Source: Felis catus (taxonomy: Eukaryota). Taken from it: DNA of 64,000 bases. Each line of letters starts with the position of its first letter. Position 1 is the stretch's first letter. The notes beneath the pieces are model-generated. The model made no database searches. It had not been told where the DNA came from and was given only the letters and a program-made list of their open reading frames with translations. The stretch covers positions 27,406,001 through 27,470,000 of the forward strand of contig NC_058369.1 of assembly GCF_018350175.1 (NCBI RefSeq), in the 5' to 3' direction. Positions 25,938 through 38,359 of the stretch are shown here, one piece after another. Made by a program: the position numbers and the translations under genes.

Positions 25938-26150
25938 GGGGCACCTGGGTGACTTAGTTAAGTGTCCAATTTCAGCTCAGGTCATGATCTCACAGTCTGG
26001 GAGTTCAAGCCCCATGTCTAGCTCTGTGCTGACAGGTAGGAGCCTGGAATCTGCTTCAAATCCTGTGTCTCCCTCTCTTTCTGTCCCTCCCTGCTTGTAT
26101 TCTGTCTCTCTCTCAAAAATAAAATAAAAACATGAAAAATTAAAAAAAAA
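25938..26150 (+). mobile_element. Can-SINE (SINEC_Fc-like)
   Basis: Typical head, body and tail; TSD aaggtagagacc at 25924-25935 and 26151-26162. Confidence 0.95.
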
Positions 26151-26549
26151 AAGGTAGAGACCTCAAAGCCATCAAGCAAAAAAGGAACCAGTTTGTACGT
26201 ATGAATTAAAAACATTTGTATTACAAAAGATACCATAAGCAATGCTAAAACAAGTATAGACAAACAGCATACCAGAAGAAAAGGCCAGGAGACATTCAAG
26301 GTTCTGAGAGACTTTCAGATATCACTAAGGGCTCAGCAATCACCCACCCTATACCCGATCTGATGCTTCCATATCCAGTATAACCTCCTCCTTCCATATC
26401 CAATATCTACCAGGTTTCATTCCAACCTGGGGAGCTCCTCCCTTCTGCAGATGGCCTAGTCCATATTCAAGTAGCCATATTATCTTGAAAATGTTTTCTT
26501 ATGTTGAGTCAGATTATCCTGCCTAAGAATCCCAGTAACTGAAGTGATT

Positions 26550-26785
26550 TTAGAGCACAGGCCTTGCATTTAGAGAGATTCAGTTTTGTGCCCTGGCTTA
26601 CCACTTACCACTCTATAATCTTGGGCAAGTTGCTTAACCACTCTGCACTTCCATTCCCTCATCTGTAGAAGAGGCTAATGTGTCCCTCACTGGGATAGTC
26701 AGGAAAATTAAGTCATATCATGTCTGACAAATACCTACCAGAGAGCTTGGTACATTGTAGACTTTCAGTAAATGGTGGCTGCTCT
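26550..26785 (+). mobile_element. MIR
   Basis: 'cttgggcaagttgcttaaccactctgcacttccattccctcatctgtagaa'. Confidence 0.85.
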
Positions 26786-26877
26786 AATGAGTTCTGGAGA
26801 CAGAAATAGAAAATGGCTCCTATCTGTCCTAACACATGGCACTCTTATTCAATAATTCTTTCATTCATTGATTCATT

Positions 26878-27118
26878 TACTTCTCTTCCCTTCTCTCCTC
26901 CCTCCCTTGTCTCCTCCCTCCCTTCTCTCCCCTGTTTCCTCTGTCCCCCCTCCCCTCTTCTCCCTACCCCTTCCCTTTTTTTCTCCTCTCTTCTCCTCTC
27001 TTCTCCTCTCTTCTCTTCTCCTCTCTTCCCTCCCCTCCCTTCTCTTCTCTTCTCTTCTCTTCTCTTCTCTTCTCTTCTCTTCTCTTCTCTTCTCTTCTCT
27101 TCTCTTCTCTTCTCTTCC
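26878..27118. repeat. Homopyrimidine tract with (CTTCT)n
   Basis: Direct reading; this tract produces the LFSS/EEKRR pseudo-ORFs. Confidence 0.95.
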
Positions 27119-27124
27119 ATTGAG

Positions 27125-27615
27125 GATCCAAAGACCTTACTATGGCTACAAGGTCCTATACAATCAGGTCTCAAACCACCCAATCTTCCTGCTAACTCTT
27201 TCACTTTACCTCTTACCCTTTTTCCCTTCTGATTTGTCCTCTTCAGCCACACTGGTCTCCTTGCTTGTCCCTAAACATATTGAGCATGCTCCTGCCTCAG
27301 GGCCTTTGCTCTTATTGTTGGTTCTTCCTGGAATACTCTTCTCACTAGTCGCTCACTTCATTCACTTATCTGCTCACATATCACCCAGTGAGAGAAGCTC
27401 TCCTAGACCATAACACTACCATCCATTATTCTCTGTGCTGCTTCACTCTGCCTTATTTTTCTTCAAAGTACTGGCATCTATCTATTTATTTATTGGCTCC
27501 TTCAATTAGAATGTAAGCATTAGAATGATAGGTACTCTTTTTTTCTCCTTTATGTTCCTAGTGCTTGGCAAAGAACCTGGCATGTAGTAGGCACTTTATA
27601 AATAATAGCTTCGTA
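27125..27615 (+). mobile_element. L2 fragment
   Basis: 'cagccacactggtctccttg..cctgcctcagggcctttgc..attagaatgtaagc..cctggcatgtagtaggcact'. Confidence 0.8.
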
Positions 27616-28294
27616 AATGTGTTAACCAAAATATGTGAGTACTTCCTGTGAGCCAGGTGTGCTCACACAGAGGCAAACAGCAAGGTGCTTTCAGCTTCAG
27701 TTATAACAATCCTATCCTGACACGACATGGTTTTAACAAGCCAGCTAGCAGACTGTCATAGTAAATGTTGTTTATGTACAAGGCGTCTTTATGCTGAGGG
27801 TAATAAAACAGCCCTATGGCACCAAAATCCTCAAGCTGAGTGACTGGTTAACTGTTAGACCATAAACAATTTGAGTTGGCGAGAAATATTCTCACTTCAG
27901 TGTGTGGCGGTATGCTGTCACTTCTCTGGATTCCATCTGACATGTTGGATTATTATAGATTAGATAAGCAATTGTAAATGGACTGTGGCCTAGCAACATA
28001 GGCCTGAGATAAAGGAGATAGGACCCCAAAAATGGGGATGTGGGGATGGGGCCATGGCCAAGCTCACAGGCAATGATCACTGTGTCATTGTGTGCACTTG
28101 TGAAGGCAACAACACTCGACCCTGTTTTGTACCCCCCCCCCCCCACACACACACAGTGTGCACCGAGTAAACTATGATGACAAGGGCATTCACTGTGGCC
28201 CCAAGGACTCTCCTGCTGATACTTGTGGCTATGTCTTTACACCAAGACTGCCAACTAGACAGCAAATATCTCATGTACTCAGCATTTTCAGCAG

Positions 28295-28515
28295 TTCAGA
28301 GTTGGAACAAGACAGACCTGGATTTGAATCCAGGCTCTGATGTTTTATAGCATGTGACCTTGAGCAAGTTAGTTGACCTTTCTAAGCCTCTGTTTCTACA
28401 ACTCTAAAAGGAGATGGAAAGAATTCTGGTTTCATTATTAAGGAATAAACATGAGAATGCACATAAAGCATTTGGCAAGGTGCCTGGCACATTGCAAGGG
28501 TCCAGTCATCACAAT
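28295..28515 (+). mobile_element. MIR
   Basis: 'gacagacctggatttgaatccaggctctg..tgtgaccttgagcaagtta..gtgcctggcaca'. Confidence 0.85.
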
Positions 28516-30417
28516 TGTGACTGTTCAAATGAACCTTAACATCTGATTTAAGACTCTCCTCCCACATCCTAAATGGATGTTTGCTTGTATGTCGCATAAG
28601 ACAAACAAGTCTCAACACAAGGAAGATATGGGAATGTTTCACTGACTTCCTAACACAAGAAAAAAGTGGCATTAAAATAGTCTTTGGGAACGTATTCAGG
28701 GATTAAAAATCCCTGTGGAATTAATATGATCAGTCATGCTCCCAGTCAATTGTATAGCAACCAATTCAATTAAAGTTTGAAACATGTCAACTTAGTGATT
28801 CACAGTTATGGAATAGACATGCTTTAGCAGGACAGACTGCCTGGAGGTTGGAGGATAAGGGCTTTCCATGACCACTATATGGTCTTTTGGAGACCCATTC
28901 CTCTTTGAGCCTGATCTCTCAGTTACAGACATTTCATTTTTAAACAGTCTTAGAACAGCATGTACCCTAAATACCCATTATTGGAAACAAACCCAATACT
29001 TAAATTACTCCTTGTAACAAACAAATCTATAACATGCAATCTAATAATTGAGGATTAATATTAAAATAGAATACAGCAAATGGCAACAATGGAATGTCAG
29101 CATTTTTGTTCATTCCTCCTCTGCCTCTGGAGAATTGAGTTATCTGAAAGGTGGATTATTTGAAAATGCCCACATTTGCATATAGAGTTTGATTTTTTTT
29201 TCCTGTATTTGCTCTATCTTGATGGTCCTCAGACTGTAGTTTGTACAAGGTTTGCTATAGATTGTTAATGATCTAAAATAAACAGTTTCTACCTCCTGGG
29301 TATTTAAGGGATTTTTCATAGTATTTTGCCCATTACAAATATTTTTTCTGACTTTAAAGCATAACCTCCCAGTAGTGTGGGGCCCCACAATGAAAAGAAA
29401 ACACCCAACCAGATTGTTTCTATTGTTTCTTTTCTTCCAGAAAATAAAGGTGATGGCGTAAGGGCTATTTTAGAGAAAACATACTGAACATCAAATTAGG
29501 TCACATCCATAAAATCACCTGGCAAGCTGTTTCATAGGAATGTTAGCTGCTGGAACAACCTGGGGGCAGGTTATAGCACAGATATTTTTGAAGCATCTGA
29601 GCTGCACCCTAGATCTGCACCTAGGATGGGAGAGTGACCTGGATAGGGCTGGCTTTGGAAACCCTGATGGAGGAGGGACAGTTGCAGGAGGTGGGCCCCT
29701 GGCCTGGGGAGCAGAACTGGGAAGGGAAGGTAGGGTATGAACATTGCCCTTAGGAATCAACAGGGCTTCAGCATTTGAAGAACGGTTCTATTACTTTTGT
29801 AATAGCCCCTATAGGGCTAGGAATTCGGGGGGTGGGGAGTGTGGGAGAGTCTTCAAGAATCTATTTGAAAACCAAGGTTTGTGGCTCCCAGGCATCTTAA
29901 TGACATGTCTCTCTGTAACCGTCTTTTTCTCTTGCCTTGAAGAACTTGCATCGTCAATCATAGGTGTAGGCACATGCCAAGAAGGGACCTCAGTCCTCTA
30001 GGTAGCTGCACTTTAGAGGACCATTGAGGCCAGTCCCTGTCACAGCAGCAAGTGCAGACACACTTTCAAGCTCAGAACACTTGGGCACCCCTCTGATGGG
30101 GTCATTCTCCAGAGAGCTCCGGGAACTATCTTGGAAGATATTCTACATCCTATCTCTGCTACTTCCTAGCTCTATCATGTGGAGATGTGAATAATAGCAT
30201 GCAACTGTGATGGGTAAACGAGCTTCTTGGCACTTTCAACAAAGCTGGAGGGAGAGATACCATTCAGGATGAGGGAGAGACTTCTCTGAGACTGAGTTTG
30301 GTTCAAGAACCAGCAGAGTTCAATGTTCACACACATTCCTGCAAACTGAAGCACAGAGATGGTTATATGCTTCTTGAAATGGTGACATAAGCACAAAAGT
30401 TAAATGGACTATGGCCT

Positions 30418-30612
30418 GGGGGCACCTGGGTCATTCAGTGAGTTAAGGGTCCAACTGTTAATTTCAGCTCAGGTCATGATTTCAGGGTTGTGAGATGGGA
30501 GTCTGGTGTCTGGCTGCATGCTAGAGTAGAGCCTGCTTGGGATTCTTTCTATCTCTGTCTCTGTCTGCCTTTCTCTCTCCCTCTGCACCACCCCCCCTCC
30601 CATTAAAAAAAG
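30418..30612 (+). mobile_element. Can-SINE (older subfamily)
   Basis: 'ggggcacctggg..tttcagctcaggtcatgat..agagcctgcttgggattct'. Confidence 0.9.
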
Positions 30613-32177
30613 AAAGGGCCGTGGTCTGACTCCATGTGTGTTGAAGTAGGGCATTTTTCTGTGCCAATCTGAGGCCCAGCTGAAACCCCATACTAACTCC
30701 ATGGGTTGGTGTGAAAATATTAAATGAAACCATGAATATAAAGCATTTGGTATGGTTTCTAGAATATAGTAAGTGTCTAATGGAGTTGTTGCTATTCTTG
30801 TTCATCCAGTGTGATTTTCTGGGAGGGGAGAGTGAGTTGAAAGAAAATAAAGCAACCTAATTAAGGATCTGATTCCTCTCTCATTACCTAAATCCCTGAG
30901 GGCCAGGAAAGCCAATACTCTGGTGTCCATTCTGTCTAGGATATGGCTCAAGTTCAAGATCCCCTTTCTTTCCCTAAGTTGTGGCCTTTCTCAGCCTTGA
31001 AAGATGTTTCACAGAGTTTGGGAGAGAGTTGAGCAGAGTGGGCCCCATGAATCTCAAATGGCAAACACCTCCTTCACTCAAGGACTGAGTCTACCCCATG
31101 TCTCTCATTACTTGTCACCTGTTTTCCAGAATTGAAAATGCCTTTCCCTTCATCCCATGACTTCAGGAATTCCTTTCATACTTCAGTGCCTGCATGCTTG
31201 ACACGAAATGGTGTTACCTCCTGCCATCATCTTTTAGTTCTGCTGGACCACACACACAAACCAGATGCAAGGCCCATGTGTTTCTTCCTGGCCTATCAGG
31301 ATGCACTGTCTTCTCAGACCGAACTGACAATATGAAAGGCTTTTTGCCCTTGTCCATTTTCTGGTTCAGTCTCTGACAGCAGTACCTTGTTCTCAGACTA
31401 CCATAATAGGAAGTGACAAGGACTTTTTCCCTGCAGTCCAGGTCATAGTAGAAGCAAGAGCTGACATAGAATGCATACAGAACTCAGACAAGTCCATCTT
31501 CCAGGTGACAGGTATCAGACCCATCAAACTCATAGGAAATCTCTTCCCGTGTATCTCTATTAGTTAGGTGTTTGAACTGGGTTATAAGCAAAGGCGCCCA
31601 AGTCTGGCTGAACTATGCAAAAGATTAGCATTGACTGAAAGTAGAGAAGCATGGCTCACAGAATTGAGGAAAAAGGACAGGCAGACCTCATAAAGGACAG
31701 ACTGGAACAGGCAGGAGATTGAGTAGCAGAAGGGAAGCCATTGGGGTATATCTGCACCATGCTGGTCATGATCTAAGTTCCCTGGAGATAGGTGGATTGA
31801 CTCATGGGTTCCCTGGCCCAGTGGACAGTGGAGAAATTCCACACAAGAAATCTAAGTACCGTTCCCAGAGAGGCAGTGAAGAGGCTGGTCAGAAAAGGCA
31901 AGGGTGACTACTGAAGGGACAGCAACCAGCCCTTACTCTGAGATTCTCCAGTGCCATTCTGTACATATTCTCCAGACCAGGTTAACTGGGACAAAAGGCA
32001 GAATGCTTTTCACTGCTGTCATCCCCTAGAGAAGAAGGTAAGGATGTTCCATGGGGCCTGAGCTTCCCATTCTGAATCTTCTGTCCAGAACAGTGTTCAA
32101 AAGGGGGATCAAAATTTCCACACATTCTGTATTACTCCCTCAAGCTCTGCACGACTGAAATCTGTTGTCAATTTCTT

Positions 32178-32385
32178 CCTTCCTTCCTTCCCTCCCATTT
32201 TTTTTCCTCCTTCCTTCCTTGAGAGGGGAGGGGCAGAGAGAGAGAGAGAGAGAGAGAATCCCAAGAAGGCTCCATGATGTTTGTGTAGAGCCTGACTTGG
32301 GACTCCATCTCATGAACTGTGAGATCATGACCTGAGCTGAAATCAAGAGTCAGATGCTTAACCGACTGAGCCACCCAGGTGCCCC
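32178..32385 (-). mobile_element. Can-SINE
   Basis: Antisense head 'cttaaccgactgagccacccaggtgcccc'; TSD tg(t/c)tgtcaatttctt. Confidence 0.93.
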
Positions 32386-33102
32386 TGCTGTCAATTTCTT
32401 TCTATCTAACCTCAACCTCTTCAGCTATGGAGTAAAAACTTTTTAATAAAACAGGATCTATAGGGCAGGGTTGGGTGAGGGGAAGGAATCCTGTATTTAC
32501 AGCCCAAAGGCCTGCCTCTCTTCTGAACCTGTTTTCTGGGATGTGAAATGGGAATGGCCATCTCCTGTGCTACCTTGCAGGAAGGAGGAGGGAATGAGTC
32601 CTCTTGAAAATTCTTTGCCAGCTGTGAATGTGATGTGTCTGCGAAAGAGAACTTAATCAATATTCAAGAACAACAGGAGGCAAGGTTGTGTTTCATTAAA
32701 CGACTGACCATGGAAAACAGTGGAGGGATGAAGCAGCAATCTAGGTAAGTGTCATATACCTAAAGATTAAATTTCAAGAAATTGTTATGGATTCAAGAAA
32801 ATACTGGAAAGCAGAAGAGGGGAGGAACAAAAGAAGAAATTAATTTGGGGTAAAGAATCTAGGAGATCACATAACATCCATTCATGTATTTGTTTATTCA
32901 CTGAATAGACAGAACCTGCTACTTGACAGACATAAAATCAGGAAAGACAGATGAATAAAGTCCAACCTCCTTTCTAAAGCCCTAAAAATTGAGGAGAAAA
33001 GTTGGGAGTTAAGTCCCTAAGGAATATTTTTAGGATTTGTTAAAAATAGAGGCAGCGGTCTTGATTTCTTTTTCAAGAAACAGGAAAAAAAAAAAGAGGT
33101 GA

Positions 33103-33552
33103 TATAAAATATTGAGATACCTAACGCCTTGGCTTTTCTGTCTGTGGACCTGTGAGGAAAACCTGAGTTTCTTCCCCAGAGAAGGATACCTGAGGGAACC
33201 TCTTTCATTCTCTAGGAGTTGCTAAGTTTGCAGGAAGTTAGGGGGAAGTTGGTTCTAGGGTAGAGGCCTTCCCTAAGGAATGTGGTGAAAACCTCAAGAT
33301 AAGGCAACCTGGCTATGTGTGCCTGCACGGCGTTCCTCACGACTCTGTAACCTAGACCACCCATTCGGACTGTATGTTATCATATATGGGAGACAAGGGA
33401 GCAAAAATTATACAAAAGGCAACCCCCTGCTGCGCTCGGAGCTCAGCCTTTTGGATCTTAGCTGGCTGAGCCCATGATGACGCAAAGAAAATTGCTTCCA
33501 GGAAAGAAAAGCCTTGGTGTTCTGATTCTGTGTGTGTGAGACTCACTGCTAC
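33103..33552 (+). mobile_element. ERV1-like LTR (carnivore lineage)
   Basis: Purine run at 33082-33099 (PPT-like) just upstream; TATA-like tatacaaaa at 33409; 'gctcggagctcagcctttt' R-region-like sequence; retained CpGs; ends 'actgctac'. 5' boundary uncertain. Confidence 0.55.
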
Positions 33553-33940
33553 GGTGGGGTCCAGAGCCAGAGAGCCAAGAAAGAATTCTTGATGCATCTT
33601 TGGTGCAAAAAGGTGATTTTATTAAAGCCAGAGGACAGGACTGTGGGCAGAAAGAGCCTCCCCTGGATTGTGAGGACTGACCACTGTACACTTGGGAATT
33701 AAAGGTAAAGGCAAGGGGAAGTTTCCAAAAGGGACTGTCATATGCTAAAGAAGACTCACCAGATACTGGAGGCCTAGCTGTAGTCAAGCTAAGGTGGTTT
33801 TTCTAGCAAATCAACATTAAGACAGTAGGGAGTTCCTGGAGAAACATTTTACTCTGCCTGCCTCAAGTATTTGTCAATGGGCTGCAGGTTATAAGGAAAT
33901 TTAATTTGACCATGTCCTCATGCCTTTGTTTCCCTCATCA
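33553..33940 (-). mobile_element. Carnivore ERV1 solo LTR (CarLTR1-like)
   Basis: Minus strand starts TGATGAGGGAAACAAAGGC; AATAAA on minus at 33618-33623; 'aaagaattcttga..ctttggtgcaaaaaggtgattttattaaagc..gtgggcagaaagagc'. Confidence 0.75.
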
Positions 33941-36334
33941 ATCCCAGCTATAGAGGCAGAATGAAAATTTGAATAATAAATTGTCCATTTTTACATCTTT
34001 GAAGCTAAACAAACGTGTCCTAACCTTTAAAATCAACTGTAATGTTAACACCGATAGCACAGTGGCAAATGTATAACGTATACATTAGTGGATTTCTTTA
34101 ATTAAGAAATGAGTACTTTCCAGGTTTGGACCTAATGTATCTTGATCAATCTTAAGAAAGCAATTAGAACCTCAAGCTAGTCTTCTGCAGGTCCCATTCT
34201 GTCTAGTAGAGAAGACTCAACTAAGAGAAATGATTTTAATTTCCCTGTTGTTAAGGAAACATTTAGGGTCATTATGTACTTATCAGAAACAGTTAACAAT
34301 GGACAATCACTGCAATTGTTCAGCCACTTCCTGAGAATGAATCCAATTGTCTCTATAATACCTTTGACCATATCATTTTCTAAGAATGGAGATGATTGAT
34401 TATTCTATTATTTGACCAACCACAACTATGACAGGCAATGTCATATATGTGCGTTTATAGTCTCTGGTCTAATGAAAAGTGTAATTAAACCAAAAGGGAA
34501 CTTTCAAAAATGAGTGCTTTGGGACCGATGTAGAAAACTTTTAGGAGTGTGTGTGTGCGCATGTGTGTGTACATCTGTTTAACCAAAGAGATGTGGACCA
34601 GGTAAAGAATCCCTCGACATTGTTAAACCACACAATAAATTAGAGCGAGCTGTCTTCTGTAGCTTCCTGTGAGTGATAAAAGGGTATTGACAGTAGAATT
34701 AAGCCTGTGGGATGTGAATGTGATAACAGAACTCCTTACAGTAAGATGCTTGTTACTGCAACATTTTAAATGGAATGTTTAATTACCTTTGGCTCTCTTC
34801 CTTTCCTGGTCTCCCTTCCCCTCCCCTTTTGCCCCAGTAGGGAAATATTATAACACAATGAAGAATATTTTAGAGAGGAAGGGGAAAAAACAAAAGCCCT
34901 TAAAAAAAAAACACATTAGCACATCAATGCTCCAAACACAGCAAAGCCCATTATCTTTTTCCATTTAAAATTAGTTTGCCCTCTGTATTTGACTACTATT
35001 TTATTACAAATAATCACCTTAGTTTGGTGTCTTCTGTGTTCTTCAATCCATTACAACTAAAATCCCAGTTAAGATTTTAAGCAAATGCAAAATTCCATCA
35101 ACTTGCTGAAAGAGAGTGTGGTCTCATTTAGTAGTAATGAAATTTTATTTTAAGCAACATTATGGATATTCTGATTTGCTAGTTTAGTCACTTTAAGTGG
35201 GCAATGGAAGCTCCAGGATGTTAACACCAAATAAATCAAACATGACAGTTTTTACTATGTCTCACACTGATGTTTAAAGTCACAAAATAACATCCCTTAA
35301 ATTCTGGCAAAAACAAGTCTCATGAGCACTTTACTCTGTATGGGTAAGACAGCTGAACTTTCAAGGGTATTCACTCTCAATATTTGAGCAACTAACATAT
35401 GACACAGAAATATCTACTGCCATCTCACTATCATCCCCTGCAAATTCCCCTCCAGAGGTTCCTTGCAGGTCATAAAGAGGGGCAGTGGTGCTGAAACTCA
35501 GTGATGAATTACATGGGACTCTGAGGCTCACCAACTTTTGGCTATTTCCTCTAGGCATGGTTGTGCAAGTGACAGCAATTCTTCTCTTGACCATGATAGG
35601 ATTACAATAATTGTTGGGAATCCTATTAATCAAACTCTGTTACTAGCTAAGAGTATTTATGGTCTTTCAGCACTCAGTTGTGCAAGCAAGTTACCTGTTC
35701 CCAGCTTCACCAGCCAAGTGGCCAGCCCTTCCCACAAATGAAAATGAAAGATGTTTTTAGGAGGGAAATAAAAGCTATCTCCTGGGATGTTTCAGAGAAG
35801 CCACGAAATGCATGAACTTTTGTGACGCACCCTAGAAAGTCTTAGCCTGATGTGGCAGATTCGCGGTCTTTTGCTCAGAAGTCTCTCTGCTACTGTTGAC
35901 GTTTCTAGATAAAATAATAGAAATGAAGGTACTTCATAGTCTATTTGTCTAGACTCTGGACTCAAGTTTTAGATTCAGATAAAAATTCCAAAACTCTTCC
36001 TGTTTCTAAAGTTGCTTACCAAAGAATATAATATAGTTTTAAACATGCAATTTGTGTTCCATAATGAGATATTTCTATAAGAGGTATGATGAGGCTGGAG
36101 GGTTGAGACCAGGCTTTGCTATTTTGTGACTGTGGATCTCACCTTCTTCCTCCATAATGTAATTCAGTGAGATGCCATGGAAACATGAGGTGACAGTTCA
36201 TATTAGAGAAGAAAGAGTGGCTGGTGTGCTGAGCTGATAGCCAGGTGGCCTGACTCCACTTTGGCCCTAGAGAGCTTGCACTGGGTCTTGAGAGGCCACT
36301 TCATCTCTCTGGACTTCATTTTCTTCATTTCTTC

Positions 36335-36573
36335 ATTTTCTTTCTTTTATTTTTAGTTTGTTTATTTATTTTGAGAGAGAGAGAGAGTGTGCATGTGCAG
36401 GTGGGGCAGGGGCAGAGAGAGAGAGAGACAGAGACAGAGAGAGAATCCCAAGCAGGCTCCACATTAGCAGCAGAGAGCCTGATGCAAGGCTTGAACTCAC
36501 AAAATGTGAGATCATGACCTGAGCCAAAGTCAAGAGTTGGACCCTTAACCGGCTGAGCCACCCAGATGCCCCC
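36335..36573 (-). mobile_element. Can-SINE
   Basis: 'gagaatcccaagcaggctcc..gagatcatgacctgagcc..cttaaccggctgagccacccagatgcccc'. Confidence 0.93.
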
Positions 36574-36714
36574 AACCTTTACCTTTTTTCTCTGTTTTCA
36601 AAGAAGGAGGCTGGGACCAGGTGTCCCTGCTCATCCTATAGCTCTCTGTTACTACTCTTTATCCACCCTGCTCAAAAAGGCAAGTTTCAGAGTCATTAGT
36701 GTTTTCCAGTGGAT

Positions 36715-36942
36715 GGAATGGTGGTGGAGCAGTAAGGTTTTGGAATCAGTTGCATCTGAGTTCAAGCTCGGGCCTCACTACTCTAAGCAATATGGCAGTG
36801 AGTAGATACGTAGCATCTCTGTGCCTCTGTTTCCTCATTCATGGAGATCACAATGCCATCTTCTCATAAGGCTGACAAGAAGATGAAACTTAAATTTAAA
36901 AAGGCAAAGCACTTAGCTCAGTGCTGGGCACATAGTAAATGC
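36715..36942 (+). mobile_element. MIR
   Basis: 'ctctgtgcctctgtttcctcatt..aaagcacttagctcagtgctgggcacatagtaa'. Confidence 0.8.
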
Positions 36943-36943
36943 A

Positions 36944-37866
36944 TGTACTGGTTTTTTGTGGCTGCCTTCACAAATGACCACAATCTTAGAGGCTTCAAAC
37001 AAAGCACATTCATTATCTCACAGTTTTCTAGACTAGAGGTCTGATATGGGTATCAATGGGCTAGAATCAAGGTATCAGAAGGGCTGTGCTCCCTTTTGAA
37101 ACCTATCATGGGCTAAGTTGTGTTCCCCAAAATTCATATGTTGAAGACCTAACCTCTAGGACCTCAGAATGTAATTGTATTTGGAGATATGGTGTTCAAA
37201 GATGAGATTATGTTCAAATGAGGCTGCTAGAGTAGGTTCTAATCTAGTGAGGTTGGTATACTTCTAAAAAGAGGAAATTTGGACATACAGAGAGATGCCA
37301 GGGATGCATGTACACAGAGGAAGGCCATGTGAGGACACAGGAAGAAGGCACCATCTGCAAGCCAATGAGACAGGCCACAGGAGAAACCAAACTTGCTGAC
37401 AACTTGATCTTGGATTTCCAGTCTCCAGAACCGTGATCAAATAAATTACTATTTTTTATGCCACCCAGTCTGTGGAATTTTATTATGGCAGCCTAAGAAA
37501 ACCAATATGGAACCGCTATGGGAGAATCTATCTTCTTGTCATTTCCAACTTCTAGAAGCCACCTGTATTCCTTGGCTTGTGGCCCTCTTATACCATCTTC
37601 CAAGCCAGCAACAATGGGTGGATTTCATCCCACACTGTGATACTCTGATCTCCTCTCCTGCCTCCCTCTCCACTTATCAGGATCTTGGTGATCACATTTG
37701 GTCCATCTGGATAACCAAGCATAGTCTCCCTATCTTAAAGTCAACTAAATAGCAACCGGAAGTCCGTTTTCAAATTTTATCCTCCCCTGTAATATAATAT
37801 AACATATTTGTAGGTTTGGGGATTAGCCTGTGGGCATTTCTGGGGGACATTATCCTGCCTACCACA
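36944..37866 (-). mobile_element. MaLR LTR (MLT1C/D-like), split by a nested LTR
   Basis: Left part 'gctgccttcacaaatgaccacaatcttagaggctt..gggctgtgctcc' continues at about 37510 as 'gggagaatct..tctagaagccacctgtattccttggcttgtggccc..cctgcctaccaca'. Confidence 0.8.
37104..37508 (+). mobile_element. MaLR solo LTR (MLT1A/B-like), nested
   Basis: 'atgggctaagttgtgttccccaaaattcatatgttgaag..gtatttggagat..ggccatgtgaggacacag..ccacccagtctgtgg..tggcagcc'. Confidence 0.88.
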
Positions 37867-38359
37867 ATGTTCAGTTAATTTTAGCTGTTGTATGGAATGG
37901 AACTTTTGCACCAGCTTAGCTTACTTTACTGATTCCAGCAGTGGAATGGAAATTACTAAAGAATTAAATTTCACTGAGTATAAACTGGAGAATCATGCTC
38001 ATTCTGTACTTTTCTTTTGCCTCCTTCAATACAGCACAAGATTCTGCTGACATAAGACTCCTGGTGCACAGGATAAGTGATGTTCCAATGTGCTGGAATT
38101 TTAGCATTCTGATTCAGCTGATATTTCTAGCAAATTGTTGACCTAGTACTATTTATTTAGGGGTTTTCTGCTCTTGGTAGAGTGACAATTCAAGTCAAGA
38201 TTTGTCATGCCATTTCTCACACACCTGCTGTTTTTACCTTTAGAAACGGAGGTTTCAGTGTTTATGGGGAGACCAAGGTTGTATGGTTTCCATTGCATGT
38301 TTGGCCTCCATGTGTCCAGAGAAACAAAAAGTGCAGATCATAGAAAACTGGATGATTGT

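Noticed and set aside
26813..27413. Longest ORFs (181, 139 and 135 aa)
   Set aside because: They are translations of the (CTTCT)n tract plus L2, i.e. low-complexity artefacts
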